A DNA stretch of 63,207 nucleotides, the filler included, from Octopus bimaculoides (lineage: Eukaryota), in the NCBI RefSeq assembly GCF_001194135.2. It is 8 parts of 8 records of this genome, joined end to end, with 100 filler letters (N's around TTAATTAATTAA, not from the genome) between each part and the next. Parts side by side here need not be neighbours in the genome. Positions count along the whole stretch, not along the records: positions 31,831 to 44,606 come from NC_069001.1; positions 44,707 to 51,934 come from NC_068992.1; 6 more parts are not named here. One strand, written 5' to 3'. A program made the position numbers and the translations under genes. Shown piece after piece: positions 39,986-51,825 of the stretch; position 1 is the first letter of the stretch; each line of letters begins with the position of its first letter. The notes beneath the pieces are model-generated. The model did not search any database and was not told where the DNA came from. It was given only the letters and a program-made list of their open reading frames with translations.

Positions 39986-40297
39986 GGCTTCCTTCAGTTT
40001 CCGTCAACCAAATCCATTCACAAAGCTTTGGTTGGCCTCAGGCTATAGTAGAAGACACTTGCCTGAGGTACCATGCTGTGAGACTGAACCCTGAACCATA
40101 TGGTTGGGAAGCAAACATCTTACGACACAGCCATGCCTGTACCTATACGATAAATACAAAGATTTAAAAAAAAAATTTCTTTTCTCAATCTGTTAAGAAA
40201 AAAATAGCATTTTGAATCATTTGTTAATGAATGGCTGATGAAATACAATCACTTCTACAGTTAAAGTTTAGTGCAGTGTTATTTTTTTAAATTTCAG

Positions 40298-40340
40298 CTG
40301 AAGACCCGAGCAGAAGTAAAGTTTGCTGTGCAGAAATACG
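40298..40340 (+). CDS. C3: C3-like exon E
   Basis: atttcag|...|gtaaga; LKTRAEVKFAVQKY; 43 nt, phase 0 to 1; forms KY-VLPVFEV with exon F. Confidence 0.9.
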
Positions 40341-40439
40341 GTAAGAAACCTAACCATTTCAGTTCCAGCATTTGATGTTTTTGATTAAAAAAACACTTGT
40401 TCTTATCTTATTGACATCGAAACTGATGTGTAGATGTGT

Positions 40440-40722
40440 GTGCGCTCAAGTATTTTAGTATGTGTATCTCGTATGTGTAAGTTGTGTGTAAGTTTGTTAA
40501 CATCCAAATGCACTCTTTTACTGCACAATCATGTCTGTGCTTATACTCTTTTTGTGCTAGCTTATTGCTTTCACTTAAGAGACAGTTAATACTTTCATCT
40601 TCTTTTCCACATATTCTGTGTTTGTTCTCCAAGTCAGTTTCATCATTGTTCGTTTTTATCAAGTTCATTCTAATAAATTGTTCCTGAGTGGCTATAATTA
40701 CTGATTCAGCTTCTTGCTTCAC
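40440..40722 (-). mobile_element. R4/Dong-like LINE fragment (zinc-knuckle region) in a C3 intron
   Basis: EAESVIIATQEQFIRMN...ICGKEDESINCLLSESNKLAQKEYKHRHD. Confidence 0.75.
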
Positions 40723-40839
40723 TCTAATTAGTAATTCAGTTTTTCATTTCATTTTAATCATCGTGTAATCTTTGCCTGAGATGATGTGATCAGGATTTGA
40801 TCTCTTCACTAAAATCTATTGTTTGCTTTACTTACTCAG

Positions 40840-40927
40840 TGTTACCAGTGTTTGAAGTCACTATCACTGTACGTCCTCAATTTATTCTGAAGAGTACAAG
40901 GAAGGTTGTCATCACAACAAAGGCAAG
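40840..40927 (+). CDS. C3: C3-like exon F (MG3 start)
   Basis: actcag|...|gtaaat; VLPVFEVTITVRPQFIL...TKAR; 88 nt, phase 1 to 2. Confidence 0.93.
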
Positions 40928-41278
40928 GTAAATTAACTTCAAACATTTCCTATTCAACAAGGTCTCTTCACCTTTCACCAATTCAAGCAAGCAGTGATAG
41001 GTGAAGAGACCAATACACAAAGACTGAAATTGTACAAAAGAACTAGATGCACAAAGACTGAAATTGTAAAAAATATTTCTTTCTTTCTTCTTCTTTTTTT
41101 CTCTCCTTTCTCTACTTATTTTATAAAAACTCAATATGATTGAACTTTCAATGATCTTCGCCAAGCATTTACATTGATATTACTATTGATCCCTGTGGTA
41201 ATTCACATCTGTGTGTGGCATGCATAACGGCAGTAACAGTGTGTATGTGTGTACATGCATATGTTATTAAAATTGGAT

Positions 41279-41314
<36 letters not shown>

Positions 41315-41476
41315 GTGGCATCTTTCCATTCTGAGTTCAAATTCCGCTGAGATTGACTTTACCTTTCATCCTCTAGGGGGCGGGGGCGATAAAATAAGTA
41401 CCACTTGATCACTGGGGTTGACATAATCGACTTACCCCCCTCCCCCGAAATTGCTGGCCTTGTGCCAAAATTTGAA

Positions 41477-41511
<35 letters not shown>

Positions 41512-41534
41512 TCTCGTGCGTATTTTCTTCACAG

Positions 41535-41625
41535 GTACCTCTATGGAAAATATGTCCATGGTGAAGTGACACTGAAATGTCTGTATGGATCGAATGTCAC
41601 GGACAGATGTGAAACTAAACGACAG
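41535..41625 (+). CDS. C3: C3-like exon G (MG3)
   Basis: ttcacag|...|gtaaag; (R)YLYGKYVHGEVTLKC, matching the family A-x-Y-x-YGK-x-V-x-G motif; 91 nt, phase 2 to 0. Confidence 0.93.
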
Positions 41626-41844
41626 GTAAAGTATCGTTTATTTCTGTTATGTGCACCCATAATGTTAAGAAACAGTCCACGGTACTAGAGCTTTTATGTA
41701 AGAGACGGATTTCTTATTATAATAAGAAATGCACATCTATATTATGCACGTATATATTATAATAGGAAATGTATATATAATATATGCATATTATATATAT
41801 TATGCAGACAGGGAGCAGATGATTTCCCTTTCACACATCTCAGC

Positions 41845-42079
41845 TGCTGTTTGTCTGTGTTTGTACCCCTACCATCACTAAACAACTGATGTTGATGTGT
41901 TTACGTCCCCGTAAACGATGGTCTTCTGTCAGTTTTTCTCTACCAAATCCACTCACAAAGCTTTGGTTAGCCTGAGACTATAGTAGAAGACATTTGCCCA
42001 AGGTGTCATGTAGTAGGACTGAACCCAGAGCCATGTCGTTCAGAAGCAACTTTCTTACCACACAACCACACCTAACCCT
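41845..42079 (-). mobile_element. CORE-like tRNA-derived SINE directly 3' of the U6 copy
   Basis: Minus strand AGGTGTGGTTGTGTGGTAAGAAAG...GGGTTCAGTCC...CACCTTGGGCAAATGTCTTC. Confidence 0.8.
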
Positions 42080-42082
42080 AAA

Positions 42083-42182
42083 TAAATATAGAACGCTTCA
42101 GGAATTTGCATGCCCTTTTTGTGCAGGGGCCATGCTAATCTTCTCTGTGCCATTCCAATTTTAGAATATGTACTACTGGAGC
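42083..42182 (-). ncRNA. U6: U6 snRNA copy, diverged and slightly 5'-truncated (probable pseudogene)
   Basis: Minus strand ...CTAAAATTGGAATGGCACAGAGAAGATTAGCATGGCCCCTGCAC...GCAAATTCCTGAAGCGTTCTATATTT; ACAGAGA box and AGC triad intact; about 16 mismatches in ~100 nt versus the metazoan U6 I recall, four of them CpG transitions. Confidence 0.92.
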
Positions 42183-42294
42183 TATTTTTTAATTTTCTTC
42201 TATTGGTTTTAGCCAGAGGCTGCAGCTGTGCCGGATCACCACCTATTGTGTATAATTTCGAATTAAATCTTAACCTCGTTAATTTTCATTGTAG

Positions 42295-42510
42295 CTATTG
42301 CAAGGGAGAACAACCACTACCGTTACCTTACCACAGGAACCAATGCTTTTGGGGACAGTTTTCAAGGTTGTTGCTAATGTTATAGAGAAAGATTCGGCAA
42401 TCACTGAAACTAAAACGGATGAGTCAGCGAAATTTGTTTCGTCCCCATACAAATTCGATTTAACCGATTCTCAGACTTTCTTCAAGCCTGGACTCCCGTA
42501 CACAGTCCAA
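42295..42510 (+). CDS. C3: C3-like exon H (MG3 end/MG4 start)
   Basis: ttgtag|...|gtaagc; AKFVSSPYKFDLTDSQTFFKPGLPYTVQ matches the C3-type SPY...FKPGxP motif; 216 nt, phase 0 to 0. Confidence 0.95.
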
Positions 42511-42576
42511 GTAAGCCTGCTTTGCTTCTGTTCCCTAATGTCTTGAAATCTAATTGTGTGTGTGTGTGTGTGTGTT

Positions 42577-42638
<62 letters not shown>

Positions 42639-42839
42639 GATGTTCTCATCCTTTAAAGCCAGTTTGGTCATCATCACTATAACCACAACTATTGTCGTCA
42701 TCATCATCACCACCACCATCATCATCATTAACTACATAATCACTCATTATGATAATCATAAATAAGTAACACTGCACCTGATACAATTAATCACTGCATT
42801 TTGAAACAATAAATTATTGGCGGTGGGTGGGGTGAGGGA

Positions 42840-43930
42840 CATGATATTTGTTTCTGAGTTCAAATACTTCCAAGGTCAACTTTGCTTTTCCATCCCCCTG
42901 CAGTCGATAAAATAAAGTACTGGCTAAGTGATGGGGACAGATATATTGACTAACCTCTCCCCTAACTTCAAACCCTATGTGCCTAGGCTAAAAACAGTTA
43001 TCTATTATTATTATTAAGGCAGTGGTGGTGAGCTGGTAGAAACGTTAGCAGGCCAGGCGAAATGCTTAGCAGTATTTTGTCTGTCTTCATGTTCTGAGTT
43101 CAAATTCCGCCAAGGTCAACTTTGTCTTTCATTCTTTCGGGGCGATAAATTAAGTACCAGTTGCGTACTGGGGTCAATCTAATTGACTGGTCCCCTCCCC
43201 AAAAATTTCAGGCCTTGAGCCTGAAGTAGAAAAGATTATTATTAAGGCGGTGAGCTGGCATTATCATTAGCATGCAGGATGAAATGGTTAGCGGTATTTT
43301 GTCCATCGCTACGTTCTAAGTTCAAATTCCACCAAGGTCAACTTTGCCTTTCATCCTTTTGGGGTTGATAAACTAAGTACCAGGGAAACACTGGGGTCGA
43401 TGTAATCAACTAGTCCCTTCCCACCAAATTTCAGGCTTTATGCCTATAGTAGAAAGGATTATTATTATTATTGAGTGAGAGAGCAGTGCATGCCATCAAA
43501 ATGACAATGAGGTAAAATATATAAAGCCCAGTATACCCATCATGACTACCTGTCTAATAAGAATACAGGTACGTGGATCACAACCATATGTGTGTGACAT
43601 GGTGATCTCATATCAGATAAATAGTGCTTGACCTTGCAAGTTGGGTGCAGTTAGAATTTTCTTGAGGTTGAGTAGCCCATCACACTCAAAAGGTCCTTGA
43701 ATAAGGGTTGTTTAACTCTTTTGGCACCAACCCATCCAAAACTGTTTTTGCTTCGATGATACAAACTTCCCATTTTAAGAAAGCTTCCCTGTTAATTTAT
43801 GTCCCAATTACCAGCTTTGCCTTTCATCCTTTTGGGGATTGATAAATTAAGTACCAGTGAAACACTGAGGTTGGTGTAATCAACTAGGCCCTTCCCCACA
43901 AAATGTCAGGTTTTGTGCCTTTGGTAGAAA
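42840..43930 (+). mobile_element. Cluster of ~4 same-orientation tRNA-derived SINEs separated by (TTA)n
   Basis: Repeated GAGTTCAAATTCC...GTCAACTTTGCCTTTCATCC...GATAAATTAAGTACCAG. Confidence 0.85.
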
Positions 43931-44010
43931 GAATTAATATTATTATTATTACTACTACAAAATCCCAAAATATTAATTAAAATTCAGTTCTGAATTGTTG
44001 TCATGTTCAG

Positions 44011-44187
44011 GTCGAGACCCTTTACATAAATGGTTCCAAGATTCCAAGACTACCGTTCTATATAGCATACAAAGCACTTACAAGATCAAACAACACAGAA
44101 TATTACAAGGCGAAATATGAGTCAAGAAACAGTGTGAAGCAGGTTGTTATCAACACAATCAAGTTTTGGAGAGAATTTACTATTATA
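44011..44187 (+). CDS. C3: C3-like exon I (MG4)
   Basis: gttcag|...|gtgagt; VETLYINGSKIPRLPF...; 177 nt open, phase 0 to 0. Confidence 0.85.
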
Positions 44188-44274
44188 GTGAGTATAAATT
44201 TCTAACATAATCATCATTTTACATGAACACACACACATCCACTCTCTTGCTCTCTCCTTATCTGTCTAACTACC

Positions 44275-44307
<33 letters not shown>

Positions 44308-44318
44308 GTCTGTCTGTA

Positions 44319-44349
<31 letters not shown>

Positions 44350-44350
44350 G

Positions 44351-44606
44351 GCCACTCTAGCCCGGCAATGGGCCGAGAGGAAGCTTTCCCTGAAAGGTCG
44401 GGCGGAGGTGGCGAACACGTACATCGCGTCCGTCATCTACTACCGCCTGACCGTCGTTCCTTGTCCCGACCCTACCATCACCAAACTGGAGCGCATCCTC
44501 TTCCGCTTCTTGTGGAAAGGAAGCGTTCCGATGGTTAGGCGATCCGTTTGCTGCCAACACCCGTTAAAAGGAGGACTGGGCATGCCGTGGTTGATGATGC
44601 GCAGAC
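44351..44606 (+). mobile_element. L1/Tx1-like LINE ORF2 fragment
   Basis: LSLKGRAEVANTYIASVIYY...LERILFRFLWKG...KGGLGMP. Confidence 0.85.
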
Positions 44607-44706
44607 NNNNNNNNNNNNNNNNNNNNNNNNNNNNNNNNNNNNNNNNNNNNTTAATTAATTAANNNNNNNNNNNNNNNNNNNNNNNNNNNNNNNNNNNNNN
44701 NNNNNN

Positions 44707-44743
<37 letters not shown>

Positions 44744-45418
44744 TCCATAGGGAATGAAGGGCTGAAGTAAATACATATATATATATATATATACTTGTGT
44801 GGCCCCTGGCTGCTCAGATACTTCAGACTACCCCTTGAATATTGAGGAAACCTTATCATATACCTATTTACATTATATATATATATATATATTTATTCAG
44901 CCCTTTTGTCTCCCAGATCTTGTTGTTTATGAAATGTCATCAATGCTTCACTTAGTTTTTTTTAATTTTTCAAGATAAAGGTGTTGGCCCTATGCAAACC
45001 CACGTTAACCTCTGGAAACAGTAGATCCATATTAGTCTGGCCTCAACTCTCTCATCCTACCAGGAGATGTGCTCTACTGGCATAACTCTCAGGATTTTTG
45101 AGGCATTATGTGGCACCAATCTGCAAGAACAATTGGATATTGCAGTGGATGCTTGTGTACATAGGACATCGTAAATTTAGTATATCTCAGTATATACAGG
45201 TCAAGATCAAAAATTTAGTATGTGTAAGTATATATGGGACACAATAAATTTAGTACTTGTCAAAATCCTACCTCATCCAGATTGTCATTTAGACATTTAC
45301 CCATAAAACCAAATGCACCAATTATCATTGGTTTAAATGGAAATTTGTAGTATGTTCGGATGAATGAATGAATGTGTGTGTGTGTGTGTGTATGCATGTA
45401 TGCGTATGTATGACTTAC

Positions 45419-45549
45419 TTCTCCTTCTGAATACATTCTATATGAGCAGACAGAGCAAGTTCTTCTGCTCTGGCATCAAAGAGACCGAGATTGTCAGGAC
45501 TTGGAGATTCAGCTGCTTCTACAAACTCTTCTTCAGGTGATTCACCAGG
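45419..45549 (-). CDS. Exon of an unidentified gene (downstream of 45979-46114)
   Basis: Minus strand ttattattgcag|CCTGGT...GAGAA|gtaagt; PGESPEEEFVEAAESPSPDNLGLFDARAEELALSAHIECIQKE; 131 nt, phase 0 to 2. Confidence 0.75.
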
Positions 45550-45978
45550 CTGCAATAATAAAAGATAAATATAAAATATAAATACACACGTGCACGCATG
45601 CACACACACACACACACACACACACATGTACGCAAATGTGGAATTGTGTCAAACAAATGAGAGAAGAAAGCTCAATATATAGATTTTAAAATCCTCCTCA
45701 TGACAGCTGGTGATGGTGTGTTTTTGTCCCCGTAACTTAGTGGTTCAGCAAAAGAGACAGACAGAATAAGTACGAGGTATTAAAGAAGAAACAAGTACCG
45801 GGATCAATTTGTTCAACTAAAGCTCTAGCATGGCCACAGTCAAACAACTGAAACAAGTAGGGGAGAAAAAAATGAAAAAAAAAAAAAAAGCACATGGATG
45901 TACATTGTTTAGCATAGAAAAGTGGAAATATTTCAAGAAGAGATTTATACATAAATCAGGTTGTCCAAAAATACTGAC

Positions 45979-46114
45979 CTTAGGGCTCTTAATACTTGCT
46001 CTAACATAAATTAATCGGTCATTGGCAGTGGCTTGAGCTGTGTTCAAGGTGCTGATATCGGCTAGCGTGGCCTTCAATTTCCGCAGCTGTTCAGAAATTA
46101 TGCTTTCTATACAT
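45979..46114 (-). CDS. Exon of an unidentified gene
   Basis: Minus strand ccaattacag|ATGT...CCTAAG|gtcagt; CIESIISEQLRKLKATLADISTLNTAQATANDRLIYVRASIKSPK; 136 nt, exits phase 0 and splices in frame to 45549. Confidence 0.75.
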
Positions 46115-48444
46115 CTGTAATTGGCAAGGAAGAAGAAAGTTGTTTGTAGAAAATATTACATTTTGCTCACCATTTGTTTATTTTTAAATATTGCCGTCAT
46201 GAAAATCTACATCCAAATACAAATGCTTTACAAACCAGAAAAATTACCATATCTTAACATGTACAAGGAATTTTTTGTGGCTTAAAATTAGGAAAAAAAA
46301 GGTTTTGTAAGGGATTATAATACTATTCATGTATAAGAAACTCCCATATTTTTTTAACCTAATTTTTGACAAAAAAGGGTTCCTTATACACATTAAAATA
46401 TGGTAAATCTATAAATTCATAGCAATATCAATGCAGGAAATGTGTGGTTAAGAAGCTTGCTTTGCAACCATGTGGTTTCAGGTTCAGTCCCAGTGCATGG
46501 CAGTACTGAAGTACAGTATTGGTTGCACACACTATGCTTTCTAGCATACAAGGCAAATTTTTGAAACCAAAATTTACAGCCAAGAAATATAGGTTGACCA
46601 ATACGCAAAAACAACTTTGGAGAACTGAAAATTTCATGTGAAATACAACAGGATTTGGAAAGACAGCAATGATATCAGAATATTTAGACTACATGTTTAT
46701 ACTATATACTAAGTCAACTTGTATAATGGGGGAAAAAAAAAACAAAAAAAAACGATAGCAACACTGTTTGGCTCATGGAGAGATCTGTAAAATTTGTAGC
46801 TCATGTAATTAATTGTTCTTTAATTACTACACTTGCTGTATGAATGCAATGTGCTAACGATTTGAATGAGAAGCAGGAGTAGCAGAGGGTGTGAGAGGGT
46901 TTCTCAAAATATTAAGTTACCCACCTCCTACTAACTATTTCTCCACTCCTCTTTCTTACAACAATATGTAGTGAAAAATAATCAATGATATCAAGATATG
47001 ATGCACCATGGGAAAATATCATTCAACAACAGCAACAACAACGCTATACAATACATGCAAAAATAATAACATGGAGGAAAAAAGACTAAGGTCACTGGAG
47101 TCATTAACAACAACAGATAATGGAGCATAGAATATAGTGGAACAAATAATCAATAGTTATTGACAAACAACACCACAAGGTCCAGTCCTAGCTGCAGCAT
47201 GATAGCTTGTATGCTTAACTCTTTAGAACTCAGATTACTCAAATGTAATGCTTATTTATTCACACTGGTTTCGAATTAATCATGCATTATCTTAAAGCCT
47301 CGACATTTTACTGGGTGATTATTTGATTTAAAAGAGACATTGTAGGGTAGGCGTGAGAGGCTGGACCTGGCTAATTTGAACACAGAGCAAGTAGGACATC
47401 TGAGAGCCAGATATCGCTGGTTTAAATGTTAGAGTTAAATGACCCAGAGAGTTATGCCAGTAGAGCACAAGCTGCTGGTAGGGCCTCTTATGCTGGACAG
47501 GTCAAAAGATAGAGGCCAGATTAATAAGGACCACCTCTTCCCAGAAGCAAAAATGGGTTCGCATATGGCCAACAGTCCAACCAAGAAAAAAAAAACCAAA
47601 GCTACAAAAGCATTGATGACTATTCAAAACTAACAAGACTCAAAAGAGGAAGCAGAAAAGACAGCCCAGAGTTGAAAACAGGAGAGCAGAGTTACCAATG
47701 GATTCCCATAGGGGACAAAGGGCTTAAGTAAGTCAGTGAGTATGAAATGCACAAGTGTTTTAGATCATATGGCTAAAACCTTGAATACTTGGTGTATTCC
47801 TTGTAGAATAACAAAACAGAACTGTGAACAAATCTTTAGCAACATAACCATCATAATTTTTTTTGTTATAGGCCTGAAATTTAGTGGGAAGGGGCTAGTT
47901 GACTACGCCAACCCCAGTGCTCAACAGGTACTTATTTTATTAACACCTGAAAGAATAAATGGAACTGGTCAATGTTGATGGAATTTGAACTCAGAATGTA
48001 AAGCTGGGAGAAATGTCACTTAGTATTTTGTCTAGTATGCTGGCAATTCTGCCAACTAGCTGCCTTTGCAATTTTTGGCACAAGGTCAGCAAATATGCAA
48101 GGAGGGGCAAGTTAATTACATTGAACCAGTAATTTACTGGGGTCAATGTATTTTATCAACATCAAAAGTATAAAAGGCAAATTTGACCTTAGCATAATTT
48201 GAACCCAGGACACAAAGCTAGAAGAAATGTTATTAAGTGTTAGTCCAACATGGTAATGATTCCACCAGCTCACTCACTGCCTTCAAAGTTAATGATTCTA
48301 ACAGAGTCTAATGATTTCAATAACAATGGTTTCTAATTTAGTCTTATGCCAACAATTTTGAAGGGACTACACTAACACGAGAATTCTACCAATCCCCTAC
48401 CATTAGTTATGTCAATATACAGCTTTTATTATATTGATTACTTG

Positions 48445-48486
<42 letters not shown>

Positions 48487-49429
48487 TGCTTGTCCCCTCC
48501 CCATGACTGCTTGACAGCCAGTGTTTGTTGGTTTATGTCCTAGTAACTTAAGCAGTGTTTGGCAAAAGAGACCAATAAGATAAAGAACCAGGCTAAAAAA
48601 AATAATTACTGGGATTGATTTGTTTGACTAAAAACCCTTCGAGGTGGTGCCCCAGTATGGCCACAGTCCAATGACTGAAACAAGTAAGAACATAGTAAAC
48701 AAAAAAAAAAAAATCAATCATACACACTACATAAGAAAATATATAAAACATTTGCAATGTCGTTGCCGTTTAACAGGAACCGGCCAGGCAGGAGCCTACA
48801 TCACACTTCTGTGTCTGTTCTGGCAGGTAGTGAAGTAAATATCGCTACTACTGCAGCTACAACTCCTCTTCATTCTCCTCCTACTACAGCTATTACTAGT
48901 ATTAACACTATTTCTACTGTTACCAGTACCACAGCATGAACAATCACTAGTACACTACTAATACTACTGCTACTGCAACTATCATTGTTGCATCAACTAC
49001 TACAACTATTGGTGGTACTACCGCCATCACCATCAATGCCACTACTACCACTATTATTAATTAGGATTTCTTTTGCCGAGATACACTGTCCACCTTTGAA
49101 TTGTACAGCCTCAGTTGATTTCACTCCTGTATATCAGTAGTATTCACTGGGGGGTTTGGAGAAAGCAAGGGAACCTCTCTGTCGTTGCTTGACCTGTAAG
49201 AAACAGTAGCCGAATCTCCTTCAAATCACACTCTGTTGTCTTAAAAGACAAAGCAAGGATGGTCATGACTGGAATGTCTTCGATCATAAGACTAGTTGGT
49301 TCAATCAGCAGGGGCTGGTCTGAGGCTTAACAACAATTTCTAGAGTGAAATTGGTTTCTGAACACATGCAGTACCGCTGCAACTGTTTGATGAGAAAATA
49401 TTTATTGCCATGCTGCATGCAAGTCTACA

Positions 49430-49760
49430 AAGAACTGAACTCCATTCCAGAGCCAAACTCTACACAGAACAGAGCTCCACTTCTATCTCACTCCAGAACT
49501 ACACTCTGCAGAAAACAGAACTAAACTCCCACAATATTTCAGAACTAAGACATGTACAGAACTGGACTCCACATCTGCAATACTCCAGAACTAAGCATTG
49601 TTAAAATGCGTGGACTCATGATCAGAAGGGGGCAGTTTCAATTCCCAGATCAGCTAGTGCATTTCCATCACTTTGCTTCAATCCCACTCCAGTGCTAAGA
49701 TCTGAAGAGAACTCAACTCCATTTCTCCAATATCCCAGAACTAAGTTCTACAGTCAACAT
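49430..49760. repeat. Degenerate minisatellite built on CAGAACT(AA/GG)ACTCC units
   Basis: More than eight imperfect CAGAAC(T) cores at irregular 20-45 bp spacing. Confidence 0.65.
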
Positions 49761-51184
49761 AGAATTGATCTTGACTTCCTTCCAGTCAATTCAAGAACAA
49801 AGATCTACAGAGAAACCAACCAAAATATTTGGCAGAAGGAAAACTTCTGTATGCCAAAACCATATAAAGAGATGGACTTCTCTGTTAGCATAACAATGAA
49901 CATTTGGTTCTTCAATCAATTAAACTATGAATTAATTGAATTAAATACAGAAGAAGCTGAGTATTCTACAGTTATGTGTACCGAGTACCCTTAATGTGAT
50001 TCTGAGGCAGAATCAGCTCAATAAGGGCTGGATTTTTTAATTACAGGTACAACCTGGCCTGGCCCTCAACCAGTTAAGATGACAAGTATTCCAGCTTGTT
50101 CATGAAATTAACGTACAAGAGGTTAAGCACTTCACAGACACATATACCTTAATGTAGTTTTTAGGGAGATTCAGTGTGACACAGAATGTGACGTTGCCCT
50201 TTGAACTATAGGCACAATTCAGTTTTGTCAGCTGAGTGGGCTGGAGTGATGAAAAATAAAGTGTCTTGCTCAAGGACACAATGTGCTGCCAGGAACTGAA
50301 CTCACAATGTGCCACCAGGAATTGAACTTGGGATTTTACAAGCTGAATACCCTAGTCATTAACCCACATGTCTTCAAGCTGTCAGATGAGGATTCTACAC
50401 ATTTTCCATCTGCTGAATTTCATTCACAACGATTAGATCAATCCAAACCTATATAGTAAGAGACACTTGACCAAGATTGCCATCTGGTAAGATTGAACAC
50501 AAGCCCCTCATAATTCCTTTACCCATTTGACCATGCTGAGTTAATTAACACTATCATGCAAAACAAATTAACTAATTAATATAAAGAGACTACATCAATA
50601 ACAACCACAACAAGTTGCATAATATCATCGACAAAAAATGAATTTATAAAGGGATAATGGAGAGGGAGAAAATGATAAAAATGAAATAAGGATGAAAATT
50701 TGATGGAATTTTCGTATTGGGGACAGGAAATCTAGAGTTATCTCCCTTACGAATTTTTTTCTCGTGCGTGTGTGTGTGTGTGTGCGCGTGTCTTGCTTAG
50801 CATTCATCAAGCTACTAGGGTAACTTCTTAATGGTCACTCGACCTGCAAGAAATAGCAACCAAATTTCCCTTAAGTCACACCATACCATCTTTTAAAAAA
50901 CAACAACAGCAACAAAGAGGACACATTAGATAATGTAGTCGAAGATATCCTTAAATAAGATGGGATGTTCACGGCTGGAATGTCTTTGCCCACGTGTCTA
51001 CTCGATCAAGGTTGACCTGGCGCTAAACAACACCAACAACAAAAGCAGTCAAATCTGTAGCCCTTTCTATCTTAATGTAATTCAAAGAACACATTAGATA
51101 ATCTAGTCCAAAACAGCCTTTAAAATGTCATGATGGTCAAGGCTGGAATGTTTTAGATTGTGCAATATATGACTGAGTTGAAGA

Positions 51185-51825
51185 TAGCAAGCTGGCAGAA
51201 ACATTAGCATGCCACGCAAAATGCTTAGCAGTATTTCATCTGTCTTTACGTTCTGAGTTCAAATTCCACCGTGGTCAATTTTGCCTTTCATCCTTTTGGG
51301 GTCAATAAGTTAAGTACCAGTTGTGTACTGGAGTCGATCTAATCAACTGGTCCCCTCCCCCAAAATTTCAGGCTTTATGCTTTGAGTAGAAGGCAGCGAG
51401 CTGCTTGAAACGTTAGCACACCGGGCGAAATGCTTAACGGTATTTCGTCTGCCGTTACATTCTGAGTTCAAATTCCGCCGAGGTCGACTTTGCCTCTCAT
51501 CCTTTCGGGGTAAATGAATTAAGTACCAGTTACGCACTGGGGTTGATGTAATCGACTTAATTCCTTTGTTTGCCCTTGTTTGTCCCCTCTACGTTTAGCC
51601 CCTTGTGAGCAATAAAGAAATAAGAAACGTTAGCACGCCAGGCAAAATACTTAGCGGTATTTCATGTCTTTACGTTCTGAGTTCAAATTCCGCTGAGGTC
51701 AACTTTGCGTTTCATCCTTTGGGGGTCAATAAATTAAGTACCAGTTGTGTACTGGAGTTGATCTCATCAACTGCCCCCCACCCCGCCACCAAAAAATTTC
51801 AGGCCTTGTGCCTAGAGTAGGAAAA
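51185..51825 (+). mobile_element. Head-to-tail trimer of tRNA-derived SINEs
   Basis: Copies at about 51185, 51392 and 51626, each with B-box GAGTTCAAATTCC and CCTTTCGGGG..AATTAAGTACCAGT; the middle copy is best preserved. Confidence 0.85.

Noticed and set aside
42071-42081. Telomeric repeat (TTAGGG-TTAGG on the minus strand)
   Set aside because: Under two units, explained by the U6/SINE junction.
44990-45125. Next minus-strand exon of the unidentified gene
   Set aside because: Closes after ~20 codons and matches a dispersed repeat also at about 47450.
44187-46114. Nested or convergent gene pair (C3 and the minus-strand gene)
   Set aside because: They are separated by the synthetic spacer at 44651, so true adjacency is unknown.
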